From an uncultured Clostridia bacterium (GTDB taxonomy: Bacteria > Bacillota > Clostridia > Christensenellales > Borkfalkiaceae), in contig CANQMQ010000007.1 of assembly GCA_947625025.1 (NCBI GenBank), positions 14,117 through 78,116 on the forward strand: DNA of 64,000 nucleotides, written 5' to 3'. Below, one piece after another: positions 1 through 6,511 of the stretch (its first letter is position 1; every line of letters begins with the position of its first letter). The position numbers and the translations under genes are program-made. Under the pieces are notes generated by a model that was not told the DNA's origin, made no database searches, and saw nothing but the letters and a program-made list of their open reading frames with translations.

Positions 1-432
1 GCCTTCGAGGCATACACCAACTGCAAGCGGGTAGACCGCCTCGAAGATGTGCTCTCCCGTGAACCCGTATTGAAGATCGCGGTCTACGACGGCGTCTCCG
101 CCGCAGACAACTGCATGCAGGTGCTCCCCGCCCGCCTTCCCGCCCTCCGCACGATGATCTCGGGCAAGCATTGGTGCGATGTCTCTTCCAAGAAGGCGGA
201 TAAGGGCGCCGCCATCCGCGTCATTCGTGAGCGTTTCGGGCTCGAACGGGAGGAATGCCTCTCCTTCGGGGACCATATGAATGACTACGAGATGCTTGCG
301 GAGTGCGGAGAAGCATACGTCACCGGGAACGCCTACCCCTTCTTGAAGGAACGCTTTCCCGTCATTCCCTCCAACAGGGAGGGCGGGGTGCTCCAAAAAC
401 TCAGAGAACTTCTAAGGGAGGATGTGAGATGA
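1..432 (+). CDS. HAD-IIB (Cof-type) phosphatase-like hydrolase, C-terminal part; 5' end outside window
   Basis: Frame is open from nt 1. The segment DKGAAIRVIRERFG...SFGDHMNDYEMLAECGEAYVTGNA fits the Cof/HAD C-terminal motifs (GDxxND). Stop overlaps the next start (ATGA). Confidence 0.7.
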   Translation, partial: AFEAYTNCKRVDRLEDVLSREPVLKIAVYDGVSAADNCMQVLPARLPALRTMISGKHWCDVSSKKADKGAAIRVIRERFGLEREECLSFGDHMNDYEMLAECGEAYVTGNAYPFLKERFPVIPSNREGGVLQKLRELLREDVR

Positions 433-968
433 AATACATGATCGCTTCGGATATCCACGGTTCGGCATACTACTGCCGCATGCTCAAAGACCGCTTTGAA
501 GAGGAGGGGGCGGGAAAGCTCATCCTGCTCGGAGACCTCCTCTACCACGGTGCCCGCAATCCCCTTCCCCCCGAGTATTCCACGCTCGGCTGTGCGGAGA
601 TCCTCAATTCGATGAAGGAAAACCTCGTCTGCCTCAAGGGGAACTGCGATAGCGAAGTGGATTCCTTGGTGCTCGAATTCCCCGTAGAGGCGCAAATTCT
701 CCTCCTTCCCGTGGGGGAGCGCACCCTCATCTTCACCCACGGGCACAAGATTCCCTCTACTCTCAAAAAGGGGGATGTGCTCGTATGCGGGCACTTCCAT
801 GTGCCTGCTATTGAGGAGCGGGAGACGTATACCTACGTCAACTGCGGCTCGGTCTCCATTCCAAAAGATGGCTCCCGCCATTCATATCTCGTGCTCGAGG
901 GGCATACCTTACTCTGGAAGGATGTGGAGACGGGGGAAGTTTTCATGAAGGCCGAGCTCGGTCTGTGA
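429..968 (+). CDS. yfcE: YfcE-type metallophosphoesterase (phosphodiesterase)
   Basis: MKYMIASDIHGS, LGDLLYHGARNPLP, GNCDSEVD, THGH and CGHFHVP are the calcineurin-like motifs, collinear with E. coli YfcE. Start taken at ATG 429 (ATGA coupling), not track start 303. Confidence 0.85.
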   Translation: MKYMIASDIHGSAYYCRMLKDRFEEEGAGKLILLGDLLYHGARNPLPPEYSTLGCAEILNSMKENLVCLKGNCDSEVDSLVLEFPVEAQILLLPVGERTLIFTHGHKIPSTLKKGDVLVCGHFHVPAIEERETYTYVNCGSVSIPKDGSRHSYLVLEGHTLLWKDVETGEVFMKAELGL

Positions 969-997
969 AAATTTATAGAAAAATATGGGTCCAAGGC

Positions 998-1026
998 TTG
1001 ACATTCCCCTTGAAATTGATTACACT
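998..1026 (+). promoter_or_regulatory. sigma-70-type promoter
   Basis: TTGACA-17 nt-TACACT about 30 nt upstream of the 1058 start. Confidence 0.55.
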
Positions 1027-1057
1027 ATAAGTAACCTATCCAAAAGGAGAAAACAGT

Positions 1058-1288
1058 ATGGCAACATGGTTTAACAAGCAGAGCAGACTCGTCCAAATTA
1101 TCTTGCTCCTCATCCCCGTCGTAAACTGGGTCATTGAAATTCTCGTCCGTTGGTCCGCCTTCCTCAAGACGAAGAGCGTCCTCACCCTCGTTGTGGCGAT
1201 CCTCGTCACCTTCCTCGGCCTCGCATTCGGCTGGCTCGACCTCGTTTGGTGCCTCCTCTTCAAGCACCTCATCTTTGCGAAAGCGTAA
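1058..1288 (+). CDS. small two-TM membrane protein, paralogue 1
   Basis: 76 aa with a GGAG RBS. Hydrophobic helices. Shares the WF.KQ...QI.LL..P.V.W....LVRWSAF motif with the ORF at 1422. No family recognised. Confidence 0.6.
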   Translation: MATWFNKQSRLVQIILLLIPVVNWVIEILVRWSAFLKTKSVLTLVVAILVTFLGLAFGWLDLVWCLLFKHLIFAKA

Positions 1289-1297
1289 ACGACTACA

Positions 1298-1328
1298 AGA
1301 GAGAAGTAGCCCGCTTCTCTCTTTTTTT
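1298..1328 (+). terminator. intrinsic terminator
   Basis: AGAGAGAAG, 7-nt loop, CTTCTCTCT, then a T7 run. Confidence 0.75.
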
Positions 1329-1359
1329 GGCAAAAACAAAAAAATAATTTGTAAAAATA

Positions 1360-1388
1360 TTGACATTTCCGCGCGAACTGTGTAGAAT
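1360..1388 (+). promoter_or_regulatory. sigma-70-type promoter
   Basis: TTGACA-17 nt-TAGAAT upstream of the 1422 start. Confidence 0.65.
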
Positions 1389-1421
1389 AATAGTATCAAT
1401 TTTTATCAAAGGAGTAGGCAT

Positions 1422-1661
1422 ATGAACTTCGATACTTGGTTCCACAAGCAGAATAAGATCCTTCAGATCGTCTTGCTCATCCTCCCGCTCGTCGGCTGGA
1501 TCATGGACCTCCTCGTTCGTTGGTCTGCGTTCATCAAGAAGAACACGGCCGTCAACCTCGTGATGGCGCTCGTGATCACCCTCTTCGGCGAATTCTGGAT
1601 CCTTACCATCCTCGACGCCGTTTGGATCGCACTCAACAACAAGCTGTTCCTCGAGGACTAA
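1422..1661 (+). CDS. small two-TM membrane protein, paralogue 2
   Basis: 79 aa with an AGGAG RBS. Same N-terminal motif and topology as 1058..1288. Confidence 0.6.
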   Translation: MNFDTWFHKQNKILQIVLLILPLVGWIMDLLVRWSAFIKKNTAVNLVMALVITLFGEFWILTILDAVWIALNNKLFLED

Positions 1662-1677
1662 CAAATGCCCAAAAAAA

Positions 1678-1705
1678 GGGAGCGAATTCAGTTCGCTCCC
1701 TTTTT
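1678..1705 (+). terminator. intrinsic terminator
   Basis: GGGAGCGAA-TTCAG-TTCGCTCCC followed by T5. Confidence 0.8.
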
Positions 1706-1724
1706 CGTTGCCCTTTTTATGGCA

Positions 1725-1836
1725 AGAATTTTATATAGTGCAGGCGTATAAAATTTCAAATTTTAAGATTTTATATAGTGCAGACGTATAAAATTTATGA
1801 AATGAAATTTTTATATAGTAGAGGCGCATAAAAAAC
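1725..1836. repeat. three tandem 40-bp units with a conserved dyad core
   Basis: TTATATAGTG recurs at 1731, 1771 and 1811. Core is ATTTTATA-TAGTGCAGRCG-TATAAAAT, i.e. 8-9 bp inverted arms around an 11-bp centre. Confidence 0.8.
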
Positions 1837-1847
1837 GCCTTCGGCGA

Positions 1848-2906
1848 TCAGAGGTCGAAGGCGATGGCGGTGATGTCGTCGTTGAAAGTGCCGCAGAAAT
1901 CGGAGAGGGCGGATTTGAGGCGTTCGATGAAGCGCTCTGCGTTTTCGGAACGCTGCAGCACTTCCTCCACCCGTTCCAAGGAGAACTGCTCCCCATCGGG
2001 GCTCCTGCTCTCGGTGACGCCGTCCGTCAGCATCACGAGGATATCCCCCCGCTCATAGCCGAAGTAGCGGTCATGGTATGCAAAATCGGGGATCCACGTG
2101 GAGATGGGCGGCGAGGACATATCGATCTCGGAGATACCGAAGCTGTTCTTGAGGAGGAGCGGCGCGTTGTGCCCTGCCATGCAGTAGCAGAGCTGGCGGC
2201 GTTCCCGATCGATCCGCACGGCCGCGGCCGTGATATACGAGCGCTCATCGAGGTTGAGTTCACGGAATTTCAGGTTGAGGCCGCTAAGCGCCTTGGAGGG
2301 CGAGGCCTCTGCCCTATCCCAACCCGCCTTCACGAAGGCGGAGAGCATGCCCGCGGCAACCCCCTTCCCCGAGACATCCGCCAAAAATCCCATCGTCTGC
2401 CCCTCCACTTCATACACATCGGGCAGGTCTCCCCCGATCTCACGGCAGGGGATGTAGGTAAAGGAGTACGGCGTACCCCCCTTGGCGGCGGCGGGCGGCA
2501 GGAGCCGCTGTTGGATGCTCTGCGCGGAGTGGAGCTCCCTTGCGATCTCGGTCTCGTAGGCGTTGTCTACGATGCCGAGCAGGAACTTGCCGAGCGGCTG
2601 TACCTTCATGCGCAGGGCGAGCCCATCCTCCCCGCTGCGCACGATGAGTTTACGGAAGGCGGTCTTTTGAGAGGAAGCGACCTCGAGGAAGAGGTTGCGA
2701 AGAGGGCAATAGGCGCACCGCACCCCCATCCCGCACACGGCTTCGGGTTCGGTGCACCCCGTCACATCGCGGAGGGTCCCCCTCGTCTTGCCCGTGCGAA
2801 AATATTCCCCGAATGCGCGGTTGACATACCGCACACGGAGCGCCCTGTCTACGACGATGGCCGCCGTCGGTATATTGTTGAGGACCTCGCGGTAGAGACT
2901 CATCAT
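1848..2906 (-). CDS. PP2C-family (SpoIIE-domain) phosphatase with N-terminal sensor-like domain
   Basis: REIGGDLPDVYEV, FLADVSGKGVAAGMLSA and MLTDGVTE fit the SpoIIE/PP2C motifs. Start set at MMSLY (2906, ATGA overlap with the upstream stop), not at 2960. Confidence 0.75.
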   Translation of the reverse strand: MMSLYREVLNNIPTAAIVVDRALRVRYVNRAFGEYFRTGKTRGTLRDVTGCTEPEAVCGMGVRCAYCPLRNLFLEVASSQKTAFRKLIVRSGEDGLALRMKVQPLGKFLLGIVDNAYETEIARELHSAQSIQQRLLPPAAAKGGTPYSFTYIPCREIGGDLPDVYEVEGQTMGFLADVSGKGVAAGMLSAFVKAGWDRAEASPSKALSGLNLKFRELNLDERSYITAAAVRIDRERRQLCYCMAGHNAPLLLKNSFGISEIDMSSPPISTWIPDFAYHDRYFGYERGDILVMLTDGVTESRSPDGEQFSLERVEEVLQRSENAERFIERLKSALSDFCGTFNDDITAIAFDL

Positions 2907-3763
2907 GGCCTGTAAACTTTGAGTTTCCCGTGCACGGCTTCGGCAGTCAGCACACGGCACTCTGCGATTTCGCCGTCGAATTCGGCGGATTTGCCTTCAA
3001 TTTGCACGATGCGCACCTTCTCGCACAGGAGATGGGTGACGATGGGCCGCCCGATGATTTTGCCCTGCATGAGGCGCATGAGTTCGAAGGGGATACGGAT
3101 GCGGCGGGGGCAATCGGCGACAAAGAGGTTGAGCTTGCCGTCGTCGATGACGGCGGGCGGGCAAATGCGGATGCCGCCCCCGAGTTGGGAGCCGTTGCAA
3201 ATGGCGGCGATGAGGGCGGTCTTGGTGAAGCACTGCCCGTCTACGGTCACCTCGATGCGCTGGCCCTTGTAGTGGGCAAGGGAGGAGAGGAGGCTTCTGA
3301 AATATTTACTCTTCCCGCCCCGCTTCATGCGGTAGCTCCGCTCCAAAATATCCACGTCGATGCCGACGCCCGCGATGTTGATACTGCGGAAGCCCTCTTC
3401 GAATTGGATGTAATCGGTGGGCTTGGGTTCGCATCCTACGATATAATCGAGGGCGGCGAGCCCTTCGGGGATCTTTGCCGCCGCCGCGAAATCGTTTCCC
3501 GTACCCACGGGCACGATCCCGAGCCTGAGGCGGGCGGGATCTACGACGGAGGAAATGACGTCGTTCACCGTCCCGTCCCCGCCCACGGCGATGAAGTCCT
3601 CCGCACCGTTTTCGGAGAGTGTACGGATCTTTTTTGTGATCTCTTCCTTATCCTCACCCGCAAAGATATCGTAATCGAGCCCCGCTTCCTTGAGTTTTTG
3701 GGTGATCGGATCGAGGATCTTGCGCACCCTTTCGGCACGCGGATTGGCGATGATATAGAACAT
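2903..3763 (-). CDS. diacylglycerol/lipid kinase family protein (YegS/DagK type)
   Basis: GGDGTVNDV and GTGNDF motifs. Start at MFYIIANP (GGAGAAGG RBS) is preferred over ATG 3775, which has no RBS. Confidence 0.8.
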   Translation of the reverse strand: MFYIIANPRAERVRKILDPITQKLKEAGLDYDIFAGEDKEEITKKIRTLSENGAEDFIAVGGDGTVNDVISSVVDPARLRLGIVPVGTGNDFAAAAKIPEGLAALDYIVGCEPKPTDYIQFEEGFRSINIAGVGIDVDILERSYRMKRGGKSKYFRSLLSSLAHYKGQRIEVTVDGQCFTKTALIAAICNGSQLGGGIRICPPAVIDDGKLNLFVADCPRRIRIPFELMRLMQGKIIGRPIVTHLLCEKVRIVQIEGKSAEFDGEIAECRVLTAEAVHGKLKVYRP

Positions 3764-3793
3764 GCCCTTCTCCATCGTATTTCTTCAACGGAT

Positions 3794-3822
3794 ATTATAC
3801 AATATCTCTCCGAGAATTGCAA
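3794..3822 (-). promoter_or_regulatory. sigma-70-type promoter of the lipid kinase operon
   Basis: Minus strand reads TTGCAA-17 nt-TATAAT. The -35 lies inside the palindrome AATTGCAATT (3815..3824). Confidence 0.6.
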
Positions 3823-3829
3823 TTAGGAA

Positions 3830-3858
3830 TTGCAATTTTTTTGCAAACCTGTTATACT
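3830..3858 (+). promoter_or_regulatory. sigma-70-type promoter of cca
   Basis: TTGCAA-17 nt-TATACT. The -35 lies inside a second copy of AATTGCAATT (3828..3837). Confidence 0.6.
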
Positions 3859-3899
3859 GTTTTATGGAAATTTTTCGGGCACGGCGCCCATGAGGCCAT

Positions 3900-5255
3900 A
3901 TGAAAGCATTGTTACCCCAAAACCTCATCCGCCTCGCAGAGGCGCTCCCCGCCCCCCTCTACCTCGTGGGCGGGAGCGTGAGAGACTTCCTCTCGGGCTA
4001 CCCTTTGCGGGCTTCCACCGATTGGGATATCTCTTCCCCTGCAAAGGAGGGGGAAGTGTTGAAGGCGGCCGAGGCATGCGGGTTTACCGTCCGCGCCGTC
4101 TATGAGGCGATGGGCACCGTAAAGCTCGAGGACGGGGATGGAGTGGGCTACGAATACACCCGCTTCCGTTCGGATAAATACGTCCGCGGCATGCATGCCC
4201 CCGCCGAAGTTTGTTTCACGGAGGATATCGCGACGGACGCCCGCCGCCGTGATTTCCGCGCCAATGCGGTGTATTACGACATCAAGAGCGATACCTTCTG
4301 CGACCCATTGGGGGGCATGGAGGACATCAGGGAGAAGAGGCTTACTGCCGTGCGGGAGGCCGCGCTCGTATTCGGGGAGGACGGGCTTCGGCTCATGCGG
4401 CTTGCCCGTATCGCCGCAGAGATCGGGTTTGCCCCCGATGAGGCATGCCTTGCCGCCGCCCGCGAACATGCCTCCCTCATCGGGGACATCTACCCCGAGC
4501 GGGTGTTCTTCGAACTTCGGCTGCTCCTCCATGCAGACCAAAAGCATGGGGACGGCACTGCCGTATCCCGCGGCCTCACCATTCTGAAGGAGACGGGGGT
4601 ACTCGGCCGCCTCATGCCCGAGCTCACCCTCGGGGACGGCATGGAACAGAACCTCCGCTTCCATCGGTACGACGTCTTGGAGCATTCCCTCCGCTGTTGT
4701 GCGTATGCAGACCCCGAAATTCGCTTCGCCGCCCTTTTGCACGACGTCGGCAAGCCCTATTGCTACCTGCGGGACGGGAATTTTTACAGCCACCCCGCAG
4801 AGGGCGCCCGCATCGCGCACGAGATCTTACTGCGGTTGAAGGCCCCGAAGGCCCTCATCGCGGAGACGGTGTTCCTCGTCTCCATGCACATGCGGGATTA
4901 CGATTTGCAAATGCGCCCCTCCAAGGTGCGGCAGGATATCCTCACCTGCGGAGAGAAGCTCCCCCTCCTCCTCAAGCTCAAACAGGCGGACTTCTCCGCC
5001 TGCCGGGACGACTTCTCCCCCGCCCCCTGTGTGCTCAAGTGGGAAAAAGAACTTCAAATAATGCGTGAAGAGGGGGTGCCGTTTACGGTAAAAGAGCTCG
5101 CCGTGAACGGAAGGCAGTTGCAGGAGATCGGCGTCCCCAAGCGGCGCACCGCAGAGGCCCTCAAGGAGCTCCTTCAATTCTGCCTCACCGATGGGCACAG
5201 AAACAGCGAAAACACCCTCTTGCAGTACGCAAAGAACCACCTTACGGGAGATTAA
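3900..5255 (+). CDS. cca: CCA-adding tRNA nucleotidyltransferase (PolyA_pol head + HD domain)
   Basis: LYLVGGSVRDFL head motif, RRDFRANA, and an HD region (FHRYDVLEHS...LLHDVGKP). Confidence 0.85.
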   Translation: MKALLPQNLIRLAEALPAPLYLVGGSVRDFLSGYPLRASTDWDISSPAKEGEVLKAAEACGFTVRAVYEAMGTVKLEDGDGVGYEYTRFRSDKYVRGMHAPAEVCFTEDIATDARRRDFRANAVYYDIKSDTFCDPLGGMEDIREKRLTAVREAALVFGEDGLRLMRLARIAAEIGFAPDEACLAAAREHASLIGDIYPERVFFELRLLLHADQKHGDGTAVSRGLTILKETGVLGRLMPELTLGDGMEQNLRFHRYDVLEHSLRCCAYADPEIRFAALLHDVGKPYCYLRDGNFYSHPAEGARIAHEILLRLKAPKALIAETVFLVSMHMRDYDLQMRPSKVRQDILTCGEKLPLLLKLKQADFSACRDDFSPAPCVLKWEKELQIMREEGVPFTVKELAVNGRQLQEIGVPKRRTAEALKELLQFCLTDGHRNSENTLLQYAKNHLTGD

Positions 5256-5257
5256 AT

Positions 5258-6415
5258 ATGGAAACTGCCCTCTTGGTAATCGCCGTCATCTTAGCGGCAT
5301 GTTCGCTCATTGTTACGCTATTTTTGGCATTCAAACGCGGACATGGTACCACTCAATCCTCTCTTGACCCAACTTTGAAGGCCCTCTCCGAGCGGACGGA
5401 GGCGTGTGAGAAGTACGCCGAATACACCGCCCGCGCCGTCGAGAATTTGGGCCGCTCCACCGAGGCGCGGCTCGGCTTCATCCAAAAGAGCCTCGGGGAC
5501 GACATCAAGTACATCGTGGATTCCAATGCCCAGAATTTAGAGCGCATCCGCCGCACGGTGGATGAAAAGCTCACAAACGCCGTAGACGGCAAGCTCTCGG
5601 ATAGCTACGCCCGCATCTCGGAACGGCTCGAGCGCATGTACGAGAGCGTAGGCGAAATGCGCACGCTCTCCGAAAGCGTAGCCGATATCCACCGCGTCTT
5701 TTCCAACGTAAAACTGCGGGGCACGTGGGGGGAGGCTCAGCTCGACGCCCTCCTCTCGGATATGCTCGCCGCGGGGCAGTATGAGCGGAGCTGTAAGGTA
5801 AACCCCCTTTCCGGGGCGATGGTGGACTTCGCCGTCCGCCTTCCCTCCAAGGACGGGAGCACCATCTACCTGCCCATCGACAGCAAATTCCCCGTGGAAG
5901 AATTCGATCGGCTCATCTCGGCCTCCGAACGGGCAGACCGCGCCGCCGCGGCAGAGGCGAGGAAGAACTTGGAGCGGGCCGTCAAGGTGCAGGCGGATTC
6001 CATCGCAAAGAAGTACATTCTTCCCCCCTACACCACCGATTTCGCCCTGATGTACCTGCCGAGCGAGGGGCTGTATTCCGAAGTCATGCGCACGGAGGGC
6101 CTCGACGGCTATCTCCGCGCACGGCGTATCGTGCCCTGCGGGCCCACCAACCTCGGGGCGCTCCTCTCCGTGTTGCAGACGGGCTTCCGCACCGCCGCCA
6201 TCGAGAAGCGTTCGGATGAGCTTCGCCTCATGCTCGATGGCTTCCGCCACGACTTTGCGAAGTTCGCAGAGCTCCTCGATAAGACGAGGAAGAAGCTCGC
6301 CGAGGCACAGGAAGCGGTGGAGAGTGCGGAGAAGCGCAAGGAAGCGATTGGAAGAAAACTCGAAAGTTTCCGCGGTTCGGGAGAATTTCCCACCCCTCCC
6401 GATGAAGAAGGGTAA
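5258..6415 (+). CDS. rmuC: DNA recombination protein RmuC
   Basis: N-terminal TM helix, long coiled coil, then YLPIDSKFPVE...FALMYLPSEGLY, typical of RmuC. Confidence 0.8.
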   Translation: METALLVIAVILAACSLIVTLFLAFKRGHGTTQSSLDPTLKALSERTEACEKYAEYTARAVENLGRSTEARLGFIQKSLGDDIKYIVDSNAQNLERIRRTVDEKLTNAVDGKLSDSYARISERLERMYESVGEMRTLSESVADIHRVFSNVKLRGTWGEAQLDALLSDMLAAGQYERSCKVNPLSGAMVDFAVRLPSKDGSTIYLPIDSKFPVEEFDRLISASERADRAAAAEARKNLERAVKVQADSIAKKYILPPYTTDFALMYLPSEGLYSEVMRTEGLDGYLRARRIVPCGPTNLGALLSVLQTGFRTAAIEKRSDELRLMLDGFRHDFAKFAELLDKTRKKLAEAQEAVESAEKRKEAIGRKLESFRGSGEFPTPPDEEG

Positions 6416-6435
6416 CACAAATTTTCGCAAATTGC

Positions 6436-6464
6436 TTGCATTTTGCGCGCGCGTGTATTATAAT
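6436..6464 (+). promoter_or_regulatory. sigma-70-type promoter
   Basis: TTGCAT-17 nt-TATAAT upstream of the 6512 gene. Confidence 0.6.
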
Positions 6465-6511
6465 GTCAAGTGAAATGAAACCATGCGGAAGTTTCCGCAA
6501 ATGAGGTAACT

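Noticed and set aside
303-968. Longer N-terminal versions given by the ORF track for several genes: 303, 2960, 9557, 15367, 21547, 27209, 28093, 35614, 38104, 43009, 43637, 47548, 50271, 52857, 54874, 56555, 59263 and 60931.
   Set aside because: The extensions overlap the preceding gene or lack an RBS. Internal starts have good SD sequences or ATGA/ATG-stop coupling, and they give N-termini that match the family or a signal peptide.
1725-1836. Possible mini-CRISPR array, considered for the three 40-bp units and also for the S1-S5 repeat loci.
   Set aside because: The spacers between the conserved cores are only ~10-12 nt, there are just three units, there is no leader or cas gene, and the cores are AT-rich dyads. 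The S1-S5 loci have no regular repeat-spacer periodicity.
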